The notes beneath the pieces were generated by a model. It saw nothing but the letters and a program-made list of their open reading frames with translations. It was not told the origin of the DNA and made no database searches. A program made the position numbers and the translations under genes. Positions 1 to 10,943 of a stretch of DNA of 64,000 nucleotides are shown here, piece by piece. Within the stretch, counting starts at the first letter, position 1. Each line of letters starts with the position of its first letter. The DNA is from an uncultured Candidatus Saccharibacteria bacterium (GTDB taxonomy: Bacteria > Patescibacteriota > Minisyncoccia > Phycocordibacterales > Zambryskibacteraceae), in the NCBI GenBank assembly GCA_964608585.1, contig CAZSOL010000002.1, positions 11 through 64,010 on the forward strand, read 5' to 3'.

Positions 1-908
<908 letters not shown>

Positions 909-1260
909 AATAAACCACTTTTCGAGTTTTCTCTACATACCGTCCAGATATGTAGAGACTGCTCTGTCCTGCTAAATGAAATCAATTATCATTTAGCTCG
1001 CCCCGCTTTTGAGCGGGGCACTTTTGCTTGTACAACCTACAATCAGTTGTACATGCTTGTCTCCACCTCCAGATCCGAAAAGACCCACTTGAAACAATGG
1101 TCAATTAATCTGTGGTGGTATTAAGTTGTCAAAGTACTTCTAGAAAGTTTCGACCCCCGCCTCTTCCGAAGCGGGGGTCGTTAGACCACTTTAGACGGGT
1201 TTTAGGCCGTCTTTACCGCTTTGATTGGTTAGGTCTGTTAAACATTTCTAGGGTCTGGCT

Positions 1261-1290
1261 ATTGTATAGGAAGCCAAAAACCTTGTCAAA
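1261..1290 (-). promoter_or_regulatory. candidate sigma70-like promoter for 23S (TTGACA-17-TACAAT on minus strand)
   Basis: Minus-strand TTGACA (plus 1285-1290) and TACAAT (plus 1261-1266) with 17-nt spacer, oriented toward the 23S gene. Confidence 0.35.
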
Positions 1291-1848
1291 TCGGGCCAAA
1301 ACCCATCTCCTGTAGACAACCCAGAGATACAAAAAGCCCCCAATTAAGGGGGCCAATCAAGGTAAGCTAGAGCCTTTGTACCATGATGTTAGTACCGAAG
1401 AGTTCAACCGCATCTATGACAATTGTCTCCCCTTCTCTGTTGATGATCTCGAAGCTTCCTCCCACAGCCTCGCCAGAGAAATCAGCCTCAACTATTGGGC
1501 CGATATTGTACTTCTCCTGAACATCGCTGGAGATGTTACTCAACCGCACCTTGGGCATCTCAACCTCTGGTTTAAAGTTCCACCTCCTACCCTACTCGAC
1601 AAGGCGTTGCCTTGTCAAAGCAACTTTTACCAAGCCCTCCCCTTGGTAAAAATCTGTGGATAACTATATCTAATAAGAAGAAACTTTTGAGATGAAAAGC
1701 AGCCCGCCGACAACAATGAGACCGAAGGCGAACAAAAATTTAAAGAAAGTTTTGTCAAAATAACGCATATGTAAAGTATATGGTCTAAATAAAGAAAAAG
1801 TTTCTATGTGTGGATAAGATGTGAACAGCTTGTGGATACAAAACAAAA

Positions 1849-1875
1849 ACACCCCGTATGAGGGTGTTTTTGTTG
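1849..1875. terminator. bidirectional rho-independent terminator-like hairpin
   Basis: acaccc-cgtatga-gggtgt hairpin flanked by A-run upstream and T-run downstream; lies downstream of minus-strand CDS ending at 1942. Confidence 0.5.
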
Positions 1876-1941
1876 TCCGAGGCTGTGAGGCCGAGGACTT
1901 TGCTACGTTAGGCGTAGCTCCCTAGCAATAATCCTTGCGGA

Positions 1942-3882
1942 TTACGGCATTGTAACCGAAGAGGTTCTCCACTCGGTAAGACCTGAGGAGAATGTAGATG
2001 CAGCAAGTCCGTTAGAACCTACCCAGTTGAACTGCTCAAGACCGACTGCGTAGATGCCGCTTGTGATAAGCGCAGCTGCAGTAGTCCTACCCTCGAAGCG
2101 GAAGGCTACAGGAATCTCAACAGAGCTACCCTCGTTAAGAGTGATAGTGTTTGAGCTTATAGTGTAACCGCTTGGAGCTGTGATGTCTGTTGTAGAAGCA
2201 CCACCAGTTGAAGCTGCTGAACCGTTAGCGTAAACGATGAACGAAGGTGCATCTGATGAATCAGTACCACCGTTGGTTACGAACGGAGTTGTAGAACCGT
2301 TCATACCAAGCAAGATGTTGCTACCCTTTGCCTCTACACGAACCCTGAAGGTTGCAGTAGCGGAAGAAGTAGAAATGTTGTTTTGCTCAGTACCAGCAGC
2401 GTAGGTAATGGTTGGAGTACCAACTAGTGAGAACGTAGCACCAACGTTCCTTACAAGAAGGTTGTTGGCTGCTGCGGAACCAGTGATGGTATCTACCGCA
2501 TCACCCTCGCTATTCTCACCAACCAAGTTTGTTGTGTTTGCAGTCCACGAAGCATCGATGGTTGTCTGAGTAGCGTTAGCTGCACGAATGTCGGCAGCAA
2601 GGGTGAAGGTTCTTGTAGCACCGGCTGGGATGACATAGCTGATGTTCTCAAAGTCAGCATCGCTGTCTGAGAGAGCGTCAGTGCCAAGGATCTGACCGCT
2701 AGTACCGTTACCTGCGTAGAGGTAAGTAGTAGAAGCAGTAGCAGCACCAGCAGAACGGCTAACTACGAAGTTGATCATGTCTGTGATCTCGATATCATCC
2801 TTCTCGGCCTTGATGTCGAAGACCATAAGCACAACCTTGTCTGCCTCATCCTCGTTAGAACCAGAAGCAGCGACTAACTCACGGTTTTGTGGGTTAGAGT
2901 TGTTGCTTGTAGAAACAATGAGCGATGCGCTCTCTGACAATGAAGCAGAGAAGCTCAAAGTCTTTGTAACTGTGGTGTCGTCAGCAGGTGAGTAAAGGTC
3001 GATACCAACACCGTCAATACCGCGAACGCCGTTGTCGGCGAGAGCGATAGTACCACCCTCGGTGATATCAGCAGACTCTATTGAGCTCTCGATATCAGCC
3101 TTGATGTAGTAAACGCGTGTGGTGTCCTTAGCTACAACTGAGCTAAAGCCAGTCATAGTAAGCTCGTACTCGTTTGAGCCGTTTCTAACAACAGTAGTGT
3201 TGTTAAGCTCAGCTGAAGCAAGAGTTCTACCAGCATCATCTACAAGGTAAACCTTTGTAAGAAGGTCTCTGTAGAGAGTGGAGTCTGTACCAAGATCAAG
3301 CTTGACGCGCTGTAGAGCGATGTCAGAAAGATCTGCCTCTGCCTTGAAGGAAAGAACTTCCTTCATCTCTTGACCCTCGTAAAGGGTTGAGACTGAAACA
3401 GGAGCGTTGGTAACAGTAAGGGTACCCTCAGCACCAGGAGTAGTTATAACTCCAGGAACTGCTGGGGTGGTAACGCCACCAGGGGTGGTAGTAACTGTAC
3501 CAGCAAACTTAGACCTAGAAATAGGTCCGAAGTAACCAGTAGCAGGAACACCGTTAGCAGCTTGCCACTTAGCAACTGCGGCCTTTGTTAGAGAGCCGAA
3601 GTAACCAGGAGCAACACCTGCAGGAATGGTCAAGTAGCCTTGAGCTACAAGAGAGTTCTGAAGTGCGACAACTTGAGCACCAGTAGAACCGACTGTTAGG
3701 TCAGAAGTGATGGTTGCAGAAGCTGAAGTGCCTGCAGTAAGAGCTTGAAGCTGTGCCATAAGCGCAGCAATTTGTGCCTGAAGCTCAGCAATAGTCTGTG
3801 CGCCGACAGGAGCGAAAACGCCCAAAGTCATTGCAGCTGCTGCTGAGAAGCCAGCAAATCGTGCGATTGTGATTCTTTTCAT
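1942..3882 (-). CDS. secreted Ser/Thr-rich surface protein with putative peptidoglycan-binding (PGBD-like) domain
   Basis: N-terminal signal peptide; coiled-coil segment; LVAQGYLT...GYFGSLTKAAVAKWQAANG motif typical of PG_binding_1; long beta-rich S/T/G region. Confidence 0.6.
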   Translation of the reverse strand: MKRITIARFAGFSAAAAMTLGVFAPVGAQTIAELQAQIAALMAQLQALTAGTSASATITSDLTVGSTGAQVVALQNSLVAQGYLTIPAGVAPGYFGSLTKAAVAKWQAANGVPATGYFGPISRSKFAGTVTTTPGGVTTPAVPGVITTPGAEGTLTVTNAPVSVSTLYEGQEMKEVLSFKAEADLSDIALQRVKLDLGTDSTLYRDLLTKVYLVDDAGRTLASAELNNTTVVRNGSNEYELTMTGFSSVVAKDTTRVYYIKADIESSIESADITEGGTIALADNGVRGIDGVGIDLYSPADDTTVTKTLSFSASLSESASLIVSTSNNSNPQNRELVAASGSNEDEADKVVLMVFDIKAEKDDIEITDMINFVVSRSAGAATASTTYLYAGNGTSGQILGTDALSDSDADFENISYVIPAGATRTFTLAADIRAANATQTTIDASWTANTTNLVGENSEGDAVDTITGSAAANNLLVRNVGATFSLVGTPTITYAAGTEQNNISTSSATATFRVRVEAKGSNILLGMNGSTTPFVTNGGTDSSDAPSFIVYANGSAASTGGASTTDITAPSGYTISSNTITLNEGSSVEIPVAFRFEGRTTAAALITSGIYAVGLEQFNWVGSNGLAASTFSSGLTEWRTSSVTMP

Positions 3883-4118
3883 TATTTGATTAATCTATTT
3901 TTAATTGCGCCTCACTTCCCCGATTATTCTAAAAGAGTTCGGTTGGCGAAACGTTTGCTAATTGCCGACAACGGATAAGCCTTTGCCGGCAAGCCCGTCG
4001 AAGTGGGCTAGTCTTTAGGACACATGCTTAATTATATAGAGCAAACGGGCAAAAACCTAAGTATTCTGTGGATAACCCATATGGGTCAATAAACTAAGGC
4101 TATTATACACGTTTTGGC

Positions 4119-4796
4119 CTAATTCGCAAGAGAGTAACGACTCCACCGCTTCTCCCCTTCTTTCTTTAAAACGCCATTCTTCACCAGAGTTAGAAGCTCT
4201 CTCTGTATAGTCTTCTCACTAACCCCTTCTATAAGAGGCGAAACGTCCTTTATCATGATCTCGTCCTGCTTCTTGAGTAGGTTCAAAATGACCGATTGGC
4301 GTCCGTTCTTCTTCAAGGCCACAGCACCGTCCTTTGGTACCTCTTTAAAGTCAGGTTTATACTTTTTGTCTCTTATGATTGAAGATACGGGAGGTAGGAT
4401 AGCTCTATCAACCGTTGGCTGGTGTTGAGGCTTATCTTCTATCTTTAATATATCTGACAAATTATCTCCAGAAGAAAGTAGGTTGGAGAACTCCCTGTGA
4501 ATTATATTGTAATTCATATCAGAAATAAGGCCTGAGTTCTTCGCCACGGTCAAAAGGCTTACTATCTCTTGAACCAAATTCTTACCCTCCTTAGCACCAA
4601 GAAGCTTGTTACCCAAATCTCTTAAGCGCCACTTCATTGGCTCAAGATCGGCAAAAAAGCTCGTTATAAGATAGAGGGCGCTGACCAACTTTTCTGTCTT
4701 TTTAATGTCTGTTTGCATGTCTTTTATACAATGTCCATTATAGCACGTAATGTCCTTTATGGCAAGTGCTCTCAGTATAGGACATTTAAAAGACAC
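4119..4796 (-). CDS. hypothetical protein with C-terminal winged-HTH-like domain; start may be at 4718 (MQTDIKK)
   Basis: C-terminal SVILNLLKKQDEIMIKDVSPLIEGVSEKTIQRELLTLVKNGVL resembles wHTH; TGcTATAAT extended -10 about 20 nt upstream of ATG 4718. Confidence 0.45.
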   Translation of the reverse strand: MSFKCPILRALAIKDITCYNGHCIKDMQTDIKKTEKLVSALYLITSFFADLEPMKWRLRDLGNKLLGAKEGKNLVQEIVSLLTVAKNSGLISDMNYNIIHREFSNLLSSGDNLSDILKIEDKPQHQPTVDRAILPPVSSIIRDKKYKPDFKEVPKDGAVALKKNGRQSVILNLLKKQDEIMIKDVSPLIEGVSEKTIQRELLTLVKNGVLKKEGEKRWSRYSLAN

Positions 4797-4859
4797 TTAA
4801 CAATAGACAAACCCTCTCTTGTATTTCGTGTTACAATTGGCAAATAAATACCTATATAA

Positions 4860-7007
4860 ATGGCCAAAAAAGAGAGGAGAGGCAGACGTGGAAACGAGGA
4901 CTCGGAGTCAATATTTAGCTCTGTATCTGAAGAGACTTGGAATGCTATTTGGGGGGTAGCTTTGGCGGTACTCACCGTCCTCTTTGTTATGGCCTCTTTT
5001 GGGCTGGGAGGCCGAGTAGGAGACCTCACGTATAGAGGGCTATCCTTCCTCTTTGGGGTTGGGTACTACTTGGTGCCACTGGTTTGTCTAATGCTTTCTG
5101 TATCCTTCTTCCGCTCACACGAAAAGAACTTCGCCCTACCACAAGTTTTGGGTTCCTTCGTCTTCTTCTTCTCCTCCTTAGGAGCTGTGGGATTATTAGC
5201 TCCGACTAAGGGAGGGGTCGTGGGTGGAGCAATAGCCAAGCCCCTGCTCTCTCTCTTTGCTATCTATCTATCGCTGATCATCCTCGTAGCCTTAATGGTA
5301 GTCTCACTACTCATCATCTTTGACACCTCAATAAAGATAAACTTCCTCTCTCTCTTCAAGAAGATATTTATGTTTAGAGATAAGCCCCAAGAAGCAGAAG
5401 GACTCCTACCGGTTGAGAATGAAGCGGTAGACAAAGCAGTAGATAAGATTGAAGAGTCAGAGGAAGAAGATGAAGAACCCGAACCTGTTATAAAAAACTT
5501 TGGTAATAAGAAGAAAGAGGAGTCAGAAGGTTTCGCCCCTCTCTTGTTGAAAAAGTCGGGCAAGACTTGGACTCCTCCCCCACTCTCTCTTCTTGAGAGG
5601 GATAAGGGTAAGCCTGGAGTTGGCGACATCAAGGCTAACGCCAATATAATCAAAAGAACTCTACAAAACTTTGGCATCATCGTAGAAATGGACGAGATCT
5701 CTATCGGTCCATCTGTTACTCGTTATGCTCTAAAACCCGCAGAAGGAGTGAAGTTGTCAAAGATAATGGGTCTGCAGACAAACTTAGAACTTGCTCTAGC
5801 GGCTCATCCTGTCCGAATAGAAGCACCGATACCCGGTAAGTCTCTTGTTGGTATAGAGGTACCAAACAGCGCCAAGACCACCATAGGACTTGGCTCTCTC
5901 TTGTCCGAAAGAGAGTATGCTGAGAGCAACAAACCTCTCTTGGTGGCTCTTGGTAAGGATGTGGCTGGTGAGTCGCACTTCGCAAACATTGCTAAGATGC
6001 CTCATGCACTCATTGCTGGAGCAACAGGAAGCGGTAAGTCTGTAACGATACATGCGATCATCACCTCCCTACTCTTCAGGAACCCACCAGAGAACCTAAA
6101 GTTCATCATGATAGACCCTAAGAGGGTTGAGCTAACTCTATACAATAAGATCCCCCACCTTCTCACCCCTGTTATAACCGATGCGAAAAAGGCGATCCTA
6201 GCTCTCAAGTGGGCAACCAAAGAAATGGAGAGGCGCTACGAAGTTCTAGAAAAGGAAGCAGTGCGCGACATCGGCTCTTACCACGAAAGCGTAAAGGAGG
6301 GAGACTCCATGCCTTATATCGTCATCATCATAGACGAGCTAGCAGACCTTATGCAGGCTTACCCTAGAGAGCTTGAGAGTGCTATCGTCCGCTTGGCCCA
6401 GATGTCTAGAGCTGTGGGGATACACCTCCTACTATCAACTCAAAGACCTTCGGTCAACATCATCACTGGACTTATCAAGGCCAACGTCCCCTCTCGTGTA
6501 GCCCTACAAGTAGCCTCACAAATAGACTCTCGCACCATCTTGGATGCTCCAGGGGCAGAAAAGCTTCTAGGAGCTGGAGACATGCTCTGGCTCTCCGGAG
6601 AAAGGGGCAAGCCTACCCGACTTCAGTCTGCCTTCATATCAGAAACTGAGGTCAAAAAGGTGGTGAAGTACTTGGTAGACAACTATGCTGATGAGCTAAA
6701 TGACGAAATAAACTTCTCCACGGAGAATACCTCCAATGCCATCTTCTCCTCTACTCTTGGAGATGATGACTCAGATGAGGAAGACGAGCTCTATGAAGAA
6801 GCTAGAGAAATCGTCATAGGAGCTGGCAAAGCCTCAACCTCGTTCCTCCAAAGGAAGTTACGCATAGGCTACGCTAGAGCAGCTAGACTTATAGACATCT
6901 TAGAAGAAAAGGGGGTTATCGGCCCCGGCTCTGGAGCTAAGCCTAGAGAAGTTATCGGTGTATCCTCAGATGGCACCGCTGAGGGGTTTGGCCAAGACGA
7001 AGAATGA
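4860..7007 (+). CDS. ftsK: DNA translocase FtsK/SpoIIIE
   Basis: N-terminal TM helices, Walker A GATGSGKS, Walker B IIIDELADL, C-terminal gamma wHTH domain. Confidence 0.95.
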   Translation: MAKKERRGRRGNEDSESIFSSVSEETWNAIWGVALAVLTVLFVMASFGLGGRVGDLTYRGLSFLFGVGYYLVPLVCLMLSVSFFRSHEKNFALPQVLGSFVFFFSSLGAVGLLAPTKGGVVGGAIAKPLLSLFAIYLSLIILVALMVVSLLIIFDTSIKINFLSLFKKIFMFRDKPQEAEGLLPVENEAVDKAVDKIEESEEEDEEPEPVIKNFGNKKKEESEGFAPLLLKKSGKTWTPPPLSLLERDKGKPGVGDIKANANIIKRTLQNFGIIVEMDEISIGPSVTRYALKPAEGVKLSKIMGLQTNLELALAAHPVRIEAPIPGKSLVGIEVPNSAKTTIGLGSLLSEREYAESNKPLLVALGKDVAGESHFANIAKMPHALIAGATGSGKSVTIHAIITSLLFRNPPENLKFIMIDPKRVELTLYNKIPHLLTPVITDAKKAILALKWATKEMERRYEVLEKEAVRDIGSYHESVKEGDSMPYIVIIIDELADLMQAYPRELESAIVRLAQMSRAVGIHLLLSTQRPSVNIITGLIKANVPSRVALQVASQIDSRTILDAPGAEKLLGAGDMLWLSGERGKPTRLQSAFISETEVKKVVKYLVDNYADELNDEINFSTENTSNAIFSSTLGDDDSDEEDELYEEAREIVIGAGKASTSFLQRKLRIGYARAARLIDILEEKGVIGPGSGAKPREVIGVSSDGTAEGFGQDEE

Positions 7008-7330
7008 TAAAAAAGGTTGCAATAACAGTCTTCTTCTTGGTTATCTTGGCCTATGCTCTCTTCCAGGGTAGGTATGTAATCCTAGGACCTAGAGTTGTGA
7101 TAAACTTCCCCAAAGAGGAGGCTCTTGTAGACATCGGAACATTACTTATAAGTGGAGTCGCGACAAACATAACCCACTTATCGCTAAACGATCGTCAGAT
7201 ATATACCGACAAAGAAGGACACTTTGAAGAAAAATTGATGGCCCAAGAAGGAATCAATATAATTAAACTTAGAGCCCTAGATCGCTTCGGCCGAGAAAAG
7301 GTAACACTCCTCCGCGTAATCGCCCAATAA
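7004..7330 (+). CDS. hypothetical small membrane protein
   Basis: ORF overlapping ftsK stop (ATGA), N-terminal TM helix. Confidence 0.45.
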   Translation: MIKKVAITVFFLVILAYALFQGRYVILGPRVVINFPKEEALVDIGTLLISGVATNITHLSLNDRQIYTDKEGHFEEKLMAQEGINIIKLRALDRFGREKVTLLRVIAQ

Positions 7331-7340
7331 CAAATTATTT

Positions 7341-8363
7341 ATGCCTAAAGCAAAGAAAGATACAAAGAAAGCAGAAGAAGGTAGTAAGAACAAAAACATA
7401 GACGCTGCCATAGACGCCATTAAAACCAAGTTTGGAGAGGAGGCCATCATGAAGCTTGGTGAGAAGCCAAGAGTTGGTATAGACGCTATCTCAACAGGAT
7501 CCATAGGACTTGATGCGGCTCTTGGTGTAGGAGGACTCCCACGCGGACGCATTATAGAGATCTTCGGACCAGAGTCATCTGGTAAGACCACCCTCTCTCT
7601 ACATGTCATAGCTGAGGCTCAAAAGCTTGGAGGACTTTGCGCCTTCATTGATGCAGAACATGCGATGGATCCAGAGTATGCTGCTAGACTCGGGGTAAAA
7701 AATGACGAACTCCTCATCTCTCAACCAGAGACTGGCGAGCAGGCCTTAGACATCGTAGAGAGCTTGGTACGAAGTGGCAAGATGGATGTCATAGTTGTGG
7801 ACTCTGTTGCTGCTCTCACCCCTAGAGCTGAGATTGAGGGAGACATGGAGCAAACCCATGTCGGTCGCCAAGCTCGTCTAATGAGTCAGGCCTTAAGGAA
7901 GCTGACTGCAATAGTTGCTAAGAGCAAGACTGTCGTTATCTTCATCAACCAAATCAGGATGCAGATTGGAATGATGTTTGGCAACCCAGAGACAACTCCC
8001 GGAGGAAAGGCTTTAAAGTTCTACACATCGGTAAGAATTGATATAAGAAGAATCGCCCAGATAAAGAAGGGCGAAGAAGTTATGGGTGGTCGTATAAGAG
8101 TCAAAGTGGTGAAGAACAAGGTCGCTCCCCCATTTAGACAGAGTGAGTTTGATCTTATGTACAACGAAGGAATATCTAGAGAAGGAGAGATGATTGCACT
8201 CGGTGAGAAGATGGGCCTACTCAAAAAGAGCGGTAACTCATACGAGTATGAAGATACTAAACTTGGGAGAGGATACGATGCGACTCGCCAGTTCCTCCGT
8301 GAGAACAAGCCTATAGCCAACCAAATACTCAAAGAGATTAGACAAAAGTTGAAGGAAGAGTAG
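7341..8363 (+). CDS. recA: recombinase RecA
   Basis: [10 protein letters not shown] Walker A, canonical RecA core throughout. Confidence 0.97.
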   Translation: MPKAKKDTKKAEEGSKNKNIDAAIDAIKTKFGEEAIMKLGEKPRVGIDAISTGSIGLDAALGVGGLPRGRIIEIFGPESSGKTTLSLHVIAEAQKLGGLCAFIDAEHAMDPEYAARLGVKNDELLISQPETGEQALDIVESLVRSGKMDVIVVDSVAALTPRAEIEGDMEQTHVGRQARLMSQALRKLTAIVAKSKTVVIFINQIRMQIGMMFGNPETTPGGKALKFYTSVRIDIRRIAQIKKGEEVMGGRIRVKVVKNKVAPPFRQSEFDLMYNEGISREGEMIALGEKMGLLKKSGNSYEYEDTKLGRGYDATRQFLRENKPIANQILKEIRQKLKEE

Positions 8364-8377
8364 AATAGCGTCTCTAT

Positions 8378-8953
8378 ATGCTTGAATACAACGAAATAAC
8401 AGAACGCAAATACATCGTGTTTGAAGGCGAGCCTTACGAGGTCCTCTCCTCTCACGTCTTCCGCAAACAACAGAGGAAGCCAGTAAACGCTACTAAGATG
8501 CGCAACATGCTTACAGGGCGCATCGTAGAGCACTCCTTCCACGTATCAGACAAAGCAGAAGAGGCAGATATATCTAAAAGAGAAGTGAAGTACTTGTACA
8601 CGAACAAGGGAGAGTACTGGTTCTCTGACCCAACTAACCCATCAAAGCGCTTTGAGCTACCAGTAGAACTCATCGGTAACGCAGGTAAGTTCCTCAAAGA
8701 AAATATAGTTGTAGACGCCCTTATATATGATGACGGATCCGAAGACGGTAAGACCATAGGCCTCAAACTCCCTATCAAAATGGAGTTGAAGGTCACCGAA
8801 GCTCATCCTGCCGTAAAGGGTAATACAGCCCAAGGAGGCACCAAGGCTGTAGTGCTTGAGACAGGAGCTGAGATACAAGTACCTATGTTTATAAACGAGG
8901 GAGATGTGGTGCGGGTTAACACTGAGACAGGTCAATACACCGAACGAGTCTAA
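8378..8953 (+). CDS. efp: elongation factor P
   Basis: Three-domain EF-P pattern (KGEYWF..., GGTKAVVLETGAEIQVPMFI). Confidence 0.9.
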   Translation: MLEYNEITERKYIVFEGEPYEVLSSHVFRKQQRKPVNATKMRNMLTGRIVEHSFHVSDKAEEADISKREVKYLYTNKGEYWFSDPTNPSKRFELPVELIGNAGKFLKENIVVDALIYDDGSEDGKTIGLKLPIKMELKVTEAHPAVKGNTAQGGTKAVVLETGAEIQVPMFINEGDVVRVNTETGQYTERV

Positions 8954-8954
8954 C

Positions 8955-8983
8955 AAAAAGGCCCCTCTCGGGGCCTTTTTGTT
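8955..8983. terminator. bidirectional rho-independent terminator between efp and rpsR
   Basis: ggcccc-tctc-ggggcc hairpin with A-run before and T-run after. Confidence 0.8.
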
Positions 8984-9174
8984 TAACGACTAACGTAAGG
9001 CAAGAGTCCCATAAAGCGTGCACGCTTGATGGCCACCTCAACAGACTTCTGGAAGCTGACTGGCAAACCACTTCTCTTCCTTGATTGGATACGAGCATGA
9101 GGAGTGATGAACTTCCTTAGAGTGTCTGCGTCCTTGTAGTCTATGTTGTCGTAATTTACTTCTGGGTTCTTCAT
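8983..9174 (-). CDS. rpsR: 30S ribosomal protein S18
   Basis: S18 C-terminal motif AIKRARFMGLLPYV; conserved rpsF-ssb-rpsR order. Confidence 0.9.
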   Translation of the reverse strand: MKNPEVNYDNIDYKDADTLRKFITPHARIQSRKRSGLPVSFQKSVEVAIKRARFMGLLPYVSR

Positions 9175-9198
9175 TGATTTGATCTTAATTTATTCTTC

Positions 9199-9645
9199 TT
9201 AAAAGGGGATGTCATCCAAACTAATGCTTTCCTCTGGGTAATCTATCGTCTCCATTGGAGGAACACTGCTTTTGTCTTCTTCTGCCTTTGGAGCTGATGC
9301 AGGAGTGCTTGACCCTTGTGACCTTGGACCAAACTGGACTCTGTCTGCAACTATCTCTGTCCTGTAGTTCTTCTTGCCATCGGGACTGTCCCAACTTCTG
9401 GTTTGCATCCTACCCTCAACCAAGACAGATGAGCCCTTGCGGAGGAACTGGGCAACTGTCTCTGCTTGTCTGCCGAAAACTACAATGTTGTGGTAATCTG
9501 CCGACTCTTGTTTAACGCCGTTCTTATCCTTCCAAACTCTATTGGTAGCGACAGAAAAGCTTGTAACCTGAATACCTGAGGGCAGAGACTTCATCTCTGG
9601 ATCTCGGGTCAAGTTGCCTATAACTAGAGCTTTGTTCAAATACAT
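9199..9645 (-). CDS. ssb: single-stranded DNA-binding protein
   Basis: OB-fold SSB pattern and acidic C-terminal tail ending DDIPF. Confidence 0.93.
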   Translation of the reverse strand: MYLNKALVIGNLTRDPEMKSLPSGIQVTSFSVATNRVWKDKNGVKQESADYHNIVVFGRQAETVAQFLRKGSSVLVEGRMQTRSWDSPDGKKNYRTEIVADRVQFGPRSQGSSTPASAPKAEEDKSSVPPMETIDYPEESISLDDIPF

Positions 9646-9649
9646 AGAT

Positions 9650-10111
9650 TTATTCTACCACTTTCTCAACAGGCTCTGCTGGGCCACCCCCCTCAGCCTC
9701 AAGAGCAGCCTCTTCTAAGGCCTTCTCCCTCTCCTCACGAGCCTTAATAGCTGAAGCAAAGGTAAACTTGGTCTCTCTGGTGGTCTTGATAAGCAGGTGT
9801 CTTAGAACCTCATCTAGGCCCTTAACTGCCTCTGCTATCTCGTTTGCTGTCTGACCTACTCCCTCAAACTTGACCCAACCTATGTAAGCCTCATCTACCA
9901 CATATTTCCTAGCACCAATGTTCTTAGACATTGTATAGGCTAAGTCTGTGTGTATTGGGTCCTCGGAGTCTAGCTCCTTGGCTCCTGCCTTCTTTATGAT
10001 TCCTTTGATAGTGTCGACCACTTCAGGGAGCTTGTCCTCAGCAATGCTTGGAAGAACCAAGTAGCTAAGTTCATAAACAAGCGCCTCCTTGCGGTCTTCT
10101 GTAATGGACAT
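9650..10111 (-). CDS. rpsF: 30S ribosomal protein S6 (with extended acidic C-terminus)
   Basis: Position upstream of ssb-rpsR; S6-like N-terminal core. Confidence 0.75.
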   Translation of the reverse strand: MSITEDRKEALVYELSYLVLPSIAEDKLPEVVDTIKGIIKKAGAKELDSEDPIHTDLAYTMSKNIGARKYVVDEAYIGWVKFEGVGQTANEIAEAVKGLDEVLRHLLIKTTRETKFTFASAIKAREEREKALEEAALEAEGGGPAEPVEKVVE

Positions 10112-10172
10112 CAGTTTTGATGTTAACTTATAAACCTCAGTCCCGCCTAAACGGGATACAGAAGAGGTCCCA

Positions 10173-10943
10173 CTACCCTATCATGCGGAGGGCATTCCCC
10201 ACAAGCTCTTTGGAAACAAGCTCCAAATCCTCCCCTCTTATCTCGGCAATCTTCTTCACCACCTCACTCACGTAGCTTGGTTCATTCCTCTTTCCTCTAT
10301 AGGGAGCTGGAGCAACATATGGAGCATCGGTCTCGCTCATAAGCATCTCTATTGGAGCGTTTCTTATAACCTCATCATAATCTCTCGCAAAGGTGATAAC
10401 ACCAGTAAAGGATGTTGTGAAGCCTATGGCCCAAAATCTTTGAGCTTCTTCCAAGCTCCCAGCAAAAAAGTGGATGTTGCCACGAAGCTTATCACCATGG
10501 ACCTTCTTTAACCCCTCCAACTTTTCTAAGAGCTCTTGGTAGGCACTGCGAGAGTGGATCATTAGGGGCTTATCATGCTCTAGAGCAAAATCAATTTGTT
10601 CGTCAAAGAGCTTGTCTTGCCTCTCAAAATCTTCTTCCTTCTTTGCATGGAAGAAGTCAAAACCGCACTCACCTACTGCCACTACCTTTGGGCTCTTCAT
10701 CAATTCCTCAAACTTCTCTCTCTCAAAGACTCTGGTTGGATTGTCTACTGGGTGTACTCCTATGCACGCATATATCCCCTCATACTTTTGTGCCAGATCT
10801 ACCGCCCATCTTGAAGACTCATAGTCCGTACCAACTACTATAGTGTGAGTCTCTGCCTCTCGGAGTCTCTCTATAACAGCATCAATATCAGCTTCAAAGT
10901 CCTTGAAGTTTAGGTGTGAGTGGATGTCAAAGTACTTAGGCAT
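10173..10943 (-). CDS. tatD: TatD-family metal-dependent DNase/hydrolase
   Basis: N-terminal FDIHSHLN motif and TIM-barrel TatD pattern. Confidence 0.85.
   Translation of the reverse strand: MPKYFDIHSHLNFKDFEADIDAVIERLREAETHTIVVGTDYESSRWAVDLAQKYEGIYACIGVHPVDNPTRVFEREKFEELMKSPKVVAVGECGFDFFHAKKEEDFERQDKLFDEQIDFALEHDKPLMIHSRSAYQELLEKLEGLKKVHGDKLRGNIHFFAGSLEEAQRFWAIGFTTSFTGVITFARDYDEVIRNAPIEMLMSETDAPYVAPAPYRGKRNEPSYVSEVVKKIAEIRGEDLELVSKELVGNALRMIG

Noticed and set aside
1367-1852. Short ORFs (1367..1558 minus, 1376..1663 plus, 1670..1852 minus) in the 23S leader
   Set aside because: Mutually overlapping on both strands within an rRNA leader full of structured hairpins; no RBS or homology support.
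2493-2995. ORFs 2493..2747 and 2771..2995 inside the surface-protein gene
   Set aside because: Alternative-frame or antisense ORFs within a clearly coding 646-aa gene.
5264-6220. Minus-strand ORFs inside ftsK
   Set aside because: Antisense to a high-confidence gene; low-complexity translations.
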